Shown: one piece after another, positions 56,355 to 64,000 of the stretch
Layout: every line of letters begins with the position of its first letter
Position numbering within the stretch: the first letter of the stretch is position 1
Source: Mariniflexile sp.
Lineage (GTDB): Bacteria; Bacteroidota; Bacteroidia; Flavobacteriales; Flavobacteriaceae
NCBI RefSeq assembly: GCF_041583155.1
Contig: NZ_JBFHGK010000010.1
Location: 33,216 to 97,215 of the forward strand
DNA: 64,000 bases
Direction: 5' to 3'
The notes under the pieces: model-generated
Seen by the model: only the letters and a program-made list of their open reading frames with translations
Told to the model about the DNA's origin: nothing
Databases searched by the model: none
Position numbers and translations under genes: made by a program

Positions 56355-57335
56355 ATGATTGACACAAACGCCATTTTTAATATAAAAACTGAAAATGAAT
56401 TTAACGACTTAGCCTTAAAAGTTTTTAAATTTCAGTTTGAAAAAAATCGTGTATATCGTTCTTTTTGCGATTTATTATACAAACACCCTAGCGATGTAAA
56501 TACAATTGATGACATCCCTTTTTTACCCATTCAGTTTTTTAAATCTCATGATGTTTTAAGTTCCAAAGAAGCTGTTCAAACTACTTTTACAAGCTCAGGA
56601 ACCACTGGAAGTATAACAAGTAAACATTTAGTTACCAATTTGGAAATTTACCAAGAAAGCTTCCGAAAGGGGTTCATGCAATTTTATGGTGCGGTGGAAG
56701 AGTATGTTGTTTTAGCATTGCTTCCTTCGTATTTGGAACGTGAAGGTTCTTCATTAATTTATATGGTTGAAGATTTTATTAAACAATCCAATCATCCTGA
56801 AAGTGGATTTTATTTGAACAACCTTTTAGAACTTAAAGACACTCTAATTCGTTTAGATTCACAAGAAAAAAAAGTGCTACTTATTGGAGTTTCCTTTGCG
56901 TTATTAGATTTGATTGAAACACATCAATTTAACCTAAAACACAGTGTTATTATGGAAACAGGAGGTATGAAAGGACGTAGAAAAGAATTAATTCGAGAAG
57001 AATTGCACAAACAATTAAAACAAGGTTTTGGTGTTGAAGCGATACATAGTGAATATGGCATGACCGAATTATTAAGCCAAGGCTACTCTAAAGGTAACGG
57101 TGTTTTTAATTGCCCTAGTTGGATGCGTATTTTAACCCGAGATACGGAAGACGCCTTAAGCATTCTACCTAAAGGAAGGGCAGGCGGAATTAACGTGGTT
57201 GATTTAGCAAATATTAACTCCTGTTCGTTTATTGCTACTCAGGATTTAGGTCGGGTTTTCGAAAACCAGTCGTTTGAAATTATTGGCCGTTTTGATAATT
57301 CTGATATACGCGGCTGTAATTTAATGGTACTTTAA
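56355..57335 (+). CDS. LuxE/PaaK-like acyl-adenylate-forming enzyme (annotated as acyl transferase in Flavobacteriia)
   Basis: The track start at 56319 is non-ATG. The ATG at 56355 gives MIDTNAIFNI... It has the blocks F.SSGTTG and METGGMKGRR.E. Confidence 0.6.
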   Translation: MIDTNAIFNIKTENEFNDLALKVFKFQFEKNRVYRSFCDLLYKHPSDVNTIDDIPFLPIQFFKSHDVLSSKEAVQTTFTSSGTTGSITSKHLVTNLEIYQESFRKGFMQFYGAVEEYVVLALLPSYLEREGSSLIYMVEDFIKQSNHPESGFYLNNLLELKDTLIRLDSQEKKVLLIGVSFALLDLIETHQFNLKHSVIMETGGMKGRRKELIREELHKQLKQGFGVEAIHSEYGMTELLSQGYSKGNGVFNCPSWMRILTRDTEDALSILPKGRAGGINVVDLANINSCSFIATQDLGRVFENQSFEIIGRFDNSDIRGCNLMVL

Positions 57336-57435
57336 AAAAACGTATACTTGGGTGTAAGTTTACAAACAGTATAGCGACTAATACAATAACTATGAAAAAG
57401 AATAATTACTTTTTTTTGGTTGGTTGGTTATTTAA

Positions 57436-57470
57436 TAAGCCTGATGTTCTCATCAGGCTTATCTTTTTTT
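57436..57470 (+). terminator. rho-independent terminator after 56355..57335
   Basis: TAAGCCTGATG-TTCT-CATCAGGCTTA is a perfect 11-bp stem followed by a T-run. It abuts the tyrS stop codon on the other strand. Confidence 0.75.
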
Positions 57471-58764
57471 ATACCATTCTAAGAACAAAATAGTTCTTTT
57501 TACCACGTTGTAATAGTACAAATTTGTTGTTTATAAGGTCCGATGTCGTAATATTATAATCTTCTTGAACCTTTTCTTTATTCACAGAAATGGAGTTTTC
57601 CTTTAATGCTCTACGTGCCTCACCATTCGATTTTAAAAACCCTCCTTTTTCAGCCAGAGCTGCGATAATATTCAATCCGTTATCAACATCTTCTTTGGAA
57701 ACATCTGTTAATGGCACACCATCAAAAACCTCTAAGAATGTTTTCTCGTTTAGTAGTTTCAAATCATCACCTGTAGAGTTTCCAAAAAGTATCTCACTGG
57801 CTTTAATAGCATTATCTAACTCCTCTTTAGAATGAACCATCGTGGTTATTTCTTCTGCCAAACGCTTTTGCAGTACACGTAAATGCGGTGCTTCATTATG
57901 CTCTTTAATTAAATTTTCAACTTCTTCACGAGTTAAGAAAGTAAAGATTTTAATATATTTTTCGGCATCAACATCGCTAGTATTTAACCAATATTGGTAA
58001 AATTTATAAGGCGAGGTTCTCTCGGCATCTAACCAAATATTGCCACCTTCTGTTTTACCAAATTTAGTGCCATCGGCTTTTGTAATTAACGGCCATGTTA
58101 GGGCGTATCCTTTTCCGGCATCAACTCTTCTTATTAATTCCGTACCTGTAGTGATATTTCCCCACTGGTCGCTTCCTCCCATTTGAAGCGTACATTGTTT
58201 ATCTCTATATAAATGTAAAAAATCGTAACCTTGTACTAATTGGTATGTAAATTCGGTAAAACTCATTCCCACAGAAGACTCTGAAGACAAACGCTTTTTA
58301 ACCGAATCTTTAGCCATCATATAATTTACAGTAATATGCTTTCCTACATCTCGTATAAATTCTAAGAATGAAAAATTCTTCATCCAATCGTAATTATTCA
58401 CAATAAGAGCAGCATTTTCAGCGTCGCTATCAAAATCTAAAAAACGAGATAATTGTTCTTTAATAGCATTTTGATTGTGTCTAAGTATATCTTCAGTCAA
58501 CAAATTACGCTCGGCCGATTTCCCTGAAGGATCACCAATCATACCCGTTGCACCTCCAACCAAGGCTATAGGTTTATGTCCTGATAATTGAAAATGTTTA
58601 AGTCCCATAACCCCTACCAAATGTCCAATGTGCAACGAATCGGCCGTAGGATCAATCCCCACATAAGCTAATCGCATGGCTTCCATTAAGTGTTCTTCAA
58701 CACCCGGCATGCTATCTTGTATCATCCCACGCCATGTTAATTCTTCAACAAAATTCTTTATCAT
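57469..58764 (-). CDS. tyrS: tyrosine--tRNA ligase
   Basis: 431 aa with HIGH (SLHIGHL), KFGKT (KMSKS-type) and a C-terminal S4 domain. Confidence 0.95.
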   Translation of the reverse strand: MIKNFVEELTWRGMIQDSMPGVEEHLMEAMRLAYVGIDPTADSLHIGHLVGVMGLKHFQLSGHKPIALVGGATGMIGDPSGKSAERNLLTEDILRHNQNAIKEQLSRFLDFDSDAENAALIVNNYDWMKNFSFLEFIRDVGKHITVNYMMAKDSVKKRLSSESSVGMSFTEFTYQLVQGYDFLHLYRDKQCTLQMGGSDQWGNITTGTELIRRVDAGKGYALTWPLITKADGTKFGKTEGGNIWLDAERTSPYKFYQYWLNTSDVDAEKYIKIFTFLTREEVENLIKEHNEAPHLRVLQKRLAEEITTMVHSKEELDNAIKASEILFGNSTGDDLKLLNEKTFLEVFDGVPLTDVSKEDVDNGLNIIAALAEKGGFLKSNGEARRALKENSISVNKEKVQEDYNITTSDLINNKFVLLQRGKKNYFVLRMV

Positions 58765-58932
58765 TATTCCTGTTTTTATTTAAACCAAGGCAAAGATAAA
58801 AATCAATGTATAATTCCTCCATTTTTAAACTTTAAATGTTCAAAAAATGACACAAATTAGGCCAGATAAAACTCAAATATGAAATCTACAGCCGAAAACT
58901 GCCGCTAAACTAAAATTTGCTATTTTTGAAAC

Positions 58933-59940
58933 ATGATTTTAGTAACAGGAGGTACTGGCTTGGTAGGTTCGCATTTACTTTACAAGCTTGCAAAAAATAA
59001 GGAAAGGGTTAGAGCCATTTATAGAAGCGAACACAAACTAGATTTAGTTAAGCAAGTTTTCGCAACATATACTGAAAACTACGAATCCCTCTTTAATACC
59101 ATAGAATGGATTCAGGCAGATATTTTAGACATCCCTTCGTTAACCGAAGCTTTTAAAAATATATCTCATGTTTACCACTGTGCTGCATTTGTATCTTTTG
59201 AACCTAATAAATACCATTTTTTAAGAAAAACTAATATTGAAGGAACTGCCAATATTGTTAACTTTTGTATTTCAGAAAACATAAAAAAATTATGTTATGT
59301 AAGTTCCATTGCCACATTAGGAAAGCCAATTACTAACAAACAGATTACTGAAAAAACCGCTTGGAACCCCGAAGATGACAACAATGTTTACGCCATTACT
59401 AAATATGGTGCCGAAATGGAAGTTTGGCGCGGAACCCAAGAAGGTGTAAATGCCGTAATTGTAAATCCGGGGGTGATTTTGGGAGCTGGTATTTGGCAAT
59501 ATGGATCTGGAAGCTTATTTAAAAAAGCACATAAAGGTTTTAAATATTATACATCAGGTACCATTGGACTTATTGATGTAGCAGATGTTACTGCTATAAT
59601 GATCACCCTTATGAATAGTGATATTACCAACGAAAATTTTGTTTTAGTAGCCGAAAACTGGACGTATAAACAGTTTTTACAGACCTTAGCGCAATCTGTT
59701 AATACAAAAAAACCTAAAAAATTAGCAAGCCCTATGTTGTTAAGCTTCGCTTGGAGATTGGATTGGTTGGTCCATAAACTAACAGGAAAACGTAGGCAAC
59801 TTACAAAAAACCTGACCTCTTCATTAAAATCTGAGACCTATTATAGTAGCAACAAACTTAAAGTTACGTTGAACTTTGATTTTAAGTCTGTAGAAAAAAC
59901 TATTTATGAAGTTGGCGCTCTTTATCAGAAACAGGTGTAA
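58933..59940 (+). CDS. NAD-dependent epimerase/dehydratase family protein (extended SDR)
   Basis: 335 aa with VTGGTGLVGSHL (Rossmann fold) and the YAITK (YxxxK) motif. Confidence 0.8.
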   Translation: MILVTGGTGLVGSHLLYKLAKNKERVRAIYRSEHKLDLVKQVFATYTENYESLFNTIEWIQADILDIPSLTEAFKNISHVYHCAAFVSFEPNKYHFLRKTNIEGTANIVNFCISENIKKLCYVSSIATLGKPITNKQITEKTAWNPEDDNNVYAITKYGAEMEVWRGTQEGVNAVIVNPGVILGAGIWQYGSGSLFKKAHKGFKYYTSGTIGLIDVADVTAIMITLMNSDITNENFVLVAENWTYKQFLQTLAQSVNTKKPKKLASPMLLSFAWRLDWLVHKLTGKRRQLTKNLTSSLKSETYYSSNKLKVTLNFDFKSVEKTIYEVGALYQKQV

Positions 59941-60448
59941 TTAAAACAGCTTCGTTTTCATCCAACTTCTTCTTTTTTAATTCCTTTATTTTAATAAGCT
60001 CCTTTTTCTTATCAACTTTTAAAGTATCGCTTTTTAAAGTATCGTTCTCTTTTAAAGCGTTTATTGAATCTTCCTTTTGTTTCTTCAACTCTTTTTCTTC
60101 CTTGGCTTCCAAGGCCTTTAAATCCTTTTTAAGCTTCTCTAGGCTATCGGTTACCATAGTATATATTTCTTCGTATTCGCTTAAGTGGTAAGCATAGTAA
60201 TTATTACTTTGTGCAAATTGCAAACTATCGATACCATATTTTTCAAAAACATAACTTTCAATTTTTAGTCCTCGGGCTTCCATGGCATTTTTGTTAGTAA
60301 TAGTTGCCGACCCAATTAATTTGGCATCTATCAAAATTTTAACCATATCACTTTTAGAAATCAGGTTTTTTGGTTTATCAGGACCTCCAAACCCACAAGA
60401 TATCATAAGCAATAGAATACAAAAAAATATGAGTTGTCTTTTAATCAT
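59900..60448 (-). CDS. DUF4296-like lipoprotein
   Basis: 182 aa with a lipoprotein signal (LLLMISCG), a typical S...M..IL.D..L N-terminal domain and a Lys/Glu-rich tail. It lies in the conserved position after pyrC. Its 3' end overlaps the convergent gene by 41 nt. Confidence 0.55.
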   Translation of the reverse strand: MIKRQLIFFCILLLMISCGFGGPDKPKNLISKSDMVKILIDAKLIGSATITNKNAMEARGLKIESYVFEKYGIDSLQFAQSNNYYAYHLSEYEEIYTMVTDSLEKLKKDLKALEAKEEKELKKQKEDSINALKENDTLKSDTLKVDKKKELIKIKELKKKKLDENEAVLITPVSDKERQLHK

Positions 60449-61794
60449 TATCTAGTAAAAGTTAATCTTTTTGCTGTTTTAGCTTCACTAAATTTAGAAT
60501 TTTGATACACTAAACCACCATTTACAAAGGTATGTGTAATTCTAGATTTGAAGGTTGTTCCTTCAAACGGCGACCAACCACATTTATACAATATATTTTC
60601 TTTTTTAACGGTCCATGGATTATTCAAATCAACTAAAACTAAATCGGCATAAAAACCTTCTTTTATAAAGCCACGTTTTTCAACTTGAAATAAAATAGCC
60701 GGATTATGACACATTTTTTCAACGATTTTCTCGATTGAAATTTTGCCTTTATGATGCATTTCCAGCATAGCTGGCAGCGCATGTTGCACTAACGGCCCAC
60801 CTGAAGGCGCTTTGGTATATACGTTTTTCTTTTCTGCTGCGGTATGAGGCGCATGGTCTGTTGCAATAACATCAATCCTATCATCTAATAAAGCTTCCCA
60901 AAGTTGATCCCTGTCAGTCTCCGTTTTTACAGCAGGATTCCATTTAATTAAAGTGCCTTTTTTATCATAATCAGCATCAGTAAACCACAGATGATGAATG
61001 CAAACTTCAGCTGTAATTTTTTTGTCTTTTAAAGGAATTTTATTGCTAAATAAACTCGTTTCTTTTCCTGTAGATAAATGAAACACATGCAGTCTTGCAC
61101 CTGTTTTTTCTGCTAATTTTATAGCTTTTGAAGAGGATAAATAACAAGCTTCTTCACTTCTAATGATGGGATGGTATTTTACAGGAATATCATCTCCAAA
61201 TTTATCAAAATGTTCTTGAAAATTCTTTTGGATGGTTGCTTCATCTTCACAGTGAACCGAAATCAGCAACTTTGTACTTTTGAATATTTTTTCTAAGACT
61301 GCCGCGTCATCAACCAACATATTTCCTGTTGAAGACCCTAAAAACAATTTTAAACCAGCAACGTTATTGGCATCGACCTTTAAAATTTCATCTAAATTAT
61401 CATTTGTACCACCAAACATAAACGAATAGTTGGCAGATGATGTTTTAGCTGCTATTTCAAATTTCTTCTCTAATTTTTCAATGGTTGTAGTTTGCGGATT
61501 GGTATTAGGCATTTCAATAAATGAGGTAATACCTCCAGCGATTGCTGCTCTTGATTCGGTTTCAATAGTCGCCTTTTCAGTTAACCCAGGCTCTCTAAAA
61601 TGCACCTGATCATCAATGGCGCCTGGCAACAAATATTTCCCTTCTGCGTCAATTACAAACACATCCGAGGATTTTGCACTAATGGATTCGCTTATTTCTT
61701 TTATATACTCTCCTTCTATTAATATATCTCCATTAAAAATAACGCCTTCATTTACAATGTGTGCGTTTTTTATAAGTATTGTTTTTTGCTTCAT
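60448..61794 (-). CDS. pyrC: dihydroorotase (cyclic amidohydrolase family)
   Basis: 448 aa with the metal ligands DDQVHFREPG, ..HCED.. and TDHAPH. Confidence 0.85.
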   Translation of the reverse strand: MKQKTILIKNAHIVNEGVIFNGDILIEGEYIKEISESISAKSSDVFVIDAEGKYLLPGAIDDQVHFREPGLTEKATIETESRAAIAGGITSFIEMPNTNPQTTTIEKLEKKFEIAAKTSSANYSFMFGGTNDNLDEILKVDANNVAGLKLFLGSSTGNMLVDDAAVLEKIFKSTKLLISVHCEDEATIQKNFQEHFDKFGDDIPVKYHPIIRSEEACYLSSSKAIKLAEKTGARLHVFHLSTGKETSLFSNKIPLKDKKITAEVCIHHLWFTDADYDKKGTLIKWNPAVKTETDRDQLWEALLDDRIDVIATDHAPHTAAEKKNVYTKAPSGGPLVQHALPAMLEMHHKGKISIEKIVEKMCHNPAILFQVEKRGFIKEGFYADLVLVDLNNPWTVKKENILYKCGWSPFEGTTFKSRITHTFVNGGLVYQNSKFSEAKTAKRLTFTR

Positions 61795-61803
61795 AATTTG
61801 TGT

Positions 61804-62526
61804 CTACTTTTTAAATAAACTGTTTATTTTCATAGAAATAACACCAAAAATAGCTTCAGATATGATACCTGAACTTAATTTTGATTGACCTAAGGTTCTA
61901 TCAGTAAAAATTACCGGCACTTCTACTATTTTAAATTTTTTCAAATATGCTTTAAATTTCATTTCAATTTGAAATGCATAACCTATAAATTTAATTTTAT
62001 CCAAATTCAAAGTTTCCAATACAATGCGCTTGTAACAAACAAAACCAGCTGTAGTATCATGTATTTTCATACCTGTAATTATTCGCACGTAATGGGATGC
62101 AAAATACGACATTAAAACCCGACTCATAGGCCAATTTACAACATTTACACCTGTTGCGTAACGCGAACCAATAGACACATCGGCACCATCTGCATGGCAG
62201 GCATGGTGTAATTTAACTAAATCTTTTGGATCATGCGAAAAATCGGCATCCATTTCAAAAATATACTGGTAGTTTTTTTTTAAACTCCATTTAAACCCAT
62301 GAATATAGGCCGTTCCTAATCCCGATTTCACCTCTCTTACTTCTAAAAACAACCTTTTCGGGAATTCTTTTTGAAGTTCCTGTACTTTTAATCCCGTAAA
62401 ATCGGGTGAATTATCATCCACAACAAGCACATGTATGTCATCAGATTGAGAAAAAATCGCTCTAACGATAGCCTCAATATTCTCAATTTCATTGTACGTT
62501 GGAATGATAACAATCGTATCAGTCAT
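61804..62526 (-). CDS. polyprenol-phosphate mannosyltransferase-like GT2 glycosyltransferase
   Basis: 240 aa with VIIPTYNE, VVDDNSPD and MDADFSHDP (the DxD region), typical of Dpm1-like GT2 enzymes. Confidence 0.85.
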   Translation of the reverse strand: MTDTIVIIPTYNEIENIEAIVRAIFSQSDDIHVLVVDDNSPDFTGLKVQELQKEFPKRLFLEVREVKSGLGTAYIHGFKWSLKKNYQYIFEMDADFSHDPKDLVKLHHACHADGADVSIGSRYATGVNVVNWPMSRVLMSYFASHYVRIITGMKIHDTTAGFVCYKRIVLETLNLDKIKFIGYAFQIEMKFKAYLKKFKIVEVPVIFTDRTLGQSKLSSGIISEAIFGVISMKINSLFKK

Positions 62527-62648
62527 GCTTTTCTTTTATTGAAAATTGTGTTTAATTTCAGCAAATGTACATTATTAGGCGTTTATTTATTTTAAATATT
62601 CCTTAATAATTAATCCACCATCTAATATTTTTATAATAATTTTACACT

Positions 62649-63296
62649 ATGTTAAGGGAAACAATATCAAACGATTTTTTTACCATTTTATTAATGGCAG
62701 GCCTTTTTATTGTTGCTGCAGCAAAGGCTACCTCTCCCAAACGGTTTCATGATTTTACAACTGTTTTAGGAAACTCAAAGTACCTTAAAATTTATTCGAG
62801 AGAGCAAAAGTTTTTCGATAAATTTGACGCTTTACTCTTTACCAACCTTATCATTTCCGTTTCGCTTCTGGCTTTTATTTGCTATAAATTTTTCACAAAA
62901 AGCAATACCATATCACCAGAAATAATGTTTAAAATATCATTTGGCATCTGTATTTACATTTTAATAAAAGTACTTTTGGAACGGCTTATTGGTAGCCTTT
63001 TTGAAATGGATGATATGATAGACCAATATCTATTTCAAAAAATAAGCTATAAAAACTATTTGGGTATTGTACTAATTCCCATGAACGCTTTATTGCTGTA
63101 CAGTTTTAAACCAACGTTAACCTTTTTTTACGTAACTGTTACCTTATTATTTATTGTAGTCTTAATAGGTCTTTTCACTTCTCTTAAAGCCCATCAAAAT
63201 TTAATAAAATACAACTTCTTCTATTTTATTTTATATCTTTGCGCACTTGAAATCGCACCTTGTATAATTTTATACAAAGCAATCATTCCAAAATAG
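62649..63296 (+). CDS. DUF4271-like polytopic membrane protein
   Basis: 215 aa with about 6 TM helices. It lies in the conserved position directly upstream of the uroporphyrinogen-III synthase gene in Bacteroidota. Confidence 0.55.
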   Translation: MLRETISNDFFTILLMAGLFIVAAAKATSPKRFHDFTTVLGNSKYLKIYSREQKFFDKFDALLFTNLIISVSLLAFICYKFFTKSNTISPEIMFKISFGICIYILIKVLLERLIGSLFEMDDMIDQYLFQKISYKNYLGIVLIPMNALLLYSFKPTLTFFYVTVTLLFIVVLIGLFTSLKAHQNLIKYNFFYFILYLCALEIAPCIILYKAIIPK

Positions 63297-63317
63297 AATA
63301 ACAAACGACTTGCGCTT

Positions 63318-64000
63318 ATGAAAGTGAAAACCATTTTAGTATCTCAACCAGAACCTAAAATAGAAAACTCGCCTTACTTTGATTTAATAGAAAAACAAAA
63401 GGTAAAAATTGATTTCAGACCATTTATTCATGTTGAAGGCGTATCTGCAAAAGAAATAAGACAACAAAAAGTTGATTTAAATAATTACACTGCTATTATT
63501 TTAACTAGTAGAAATGCCATTGATCACTTTTTTAGAGTTGCAGAAGAAATGCGCTTTAAAGTACCAGATAGCATGAAATACTTCTGTTTATCTGAGGCCG
63601 TTGCTTTTTACCTTCAAAAATATGTGGTTTACAGAAAACGTAAAATTTATGTTGGTAAACGTACTTTTTCTGAGTTATCACCCCTTATTAAAAAATATAA
63701 AGACGAAAAGTTTTTGTTGCCAAATACAGATAAAGTTAATGACGAAGTGCCAACTGCTTTAGATGCCTTAGGTGTGAATTGGAAGCAAGCTATTTTTTAT
63801 AAAACTGTTATTTCCGATTTATCTGATTTAGCTGATGTATATTATGATATTTTAGTATTCTTTAGCCCTTCGGGAATTGATTCTTTATTCCATAATTTCC
63901 CAGATTTTAAGCAAAACGATACACGAATAGCCGTATTTGGAGATACCACACTTAAAGCTGCTGAAGAAAAAGGCCTACGCATAGACATTGCAGCGCCTGC
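63318..64000 (+). CDS. hemD: uroporphyrinogen-III synthase (partial, continues beyond the window)
   Basis: Not in the track because the ORF is open-ended. The ATG at 63318 gives MKVKTILVSQPEPKIENSPYFDLIEKQKVKIDFRPFIHVEGVSAKEIRQQKVDLNNYTAIILTSRNAIDHFF, the typical Bacteroidota HemD N-terminus. Confidence 0.75.
   Translation, partial: MKVKTILVSQPEPKIENSPYFDLIEKQKVKIDFRPFIHVEGVSAKEIRQQKVDLNNYTAIILTSRNAIDHFFRVAEEMRFKVPDSMKYFCLSEAVAFYLQKYVVYRKRKIYVGKRTFSELSPLIKKYKDEKFLLPNTDKVNDEVPTALDALGVNWKQAIFYKTVISDLSDLADVYYDILVFFSPSGIDSLFHNFPDFKQNDTRIAVFGDTTLKAAEEKGLRIDIAAP

Noticed and set aside
57392-57493. 33-codon ORF ([33 protein letters not shown]) between the LuxE-like gene and tyrS.
   Set aside because: It runs through the terminator hairpin and into the tyrS 3' end, and has no supporting signal. 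It is very likely non-coding.
1-64000. I looked for CRISPR arrays, IS elements or transposases, integrases next to tRNA-Asp, toxin-antitoxin pairs, restriction-modification genes and rRNA.
   Set aside because: None was recognised. The only repeated DNA I could see is paralogous gene sequence: the kinase pair, the STAS-like cassettes and the DUF2383 pair. tRNA-Asp has its own promoter and terminator and no flanking direct repeat that I could spot.

Overview
This window is 64 kb of a low-GC Bacteroidota (Flavobacteriia-like) chromosome. The assignment rests on T9SS C-terminal sorting domains, TAnnTTTG -7 promoter boxes, an exonuclease-fused DnaE, and DUF4296/DUF4271 genes next to pyrC and hemD. 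I saw no rRNA, CRISPR array, transposase, integrase or prophage genes. There is one tRNA-Asp(GTC). The window falls into four blocks. (i) 1-12.4 kb, all minus strand, is an accessory-looking signalling cluster and the best candidate for an undescribed system. It holds a sigma-54 enhancer-binding protein with about five PAS modules and no receiver domain. It also holds two copies of a translationally coupled pair of small STAS/SpoIIAA-like proteins. Each pair sits behind the same sigma-54-type promoter (TGGCAC-N5-TTGTC) and two ACGG-N4-CCGT palindromes at identical spacing. The rest of the cluster is a stand-alone PAS protein, two tandem soluble PAS-PAS histidine kinases sharing a near-identical DHp patch, and a two-gene secreted/T9SS cargo operon. 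No receiver domain occurs anywhere in the cluster. (ii) 12.6-33 kb is mostly housekeeping: a short alpha-glucan phosphorylase-like gene lacking the expected PLP lysine, tRNA-Asp, DUF58, an N-terminally short ClpP paralogue, trxA, dnaE, rpsP-rimM, an acyl-CoA dehydrogenase, and a 1162-aa protein I tentatively read as a PPi-type PEP carboxykinase. (iii) 33-51 kb is a ferredoxin-centred redox block: 2Fe-2S ferredoxin, rseC-rnfBCDGEA, korAB, a 4Fe-4S ferredoxin, PFOR/nifJ, and Nfu and ApbC Fe-S carriers. (iv) 51-64 kb is housekeeping: an ATL/MGMT-like protein, LysE, trmB, a two-component pair, tyrS, pyrC, GT2 and hemD. All functional calls come from motif and family recognition by eye. No database search was run.
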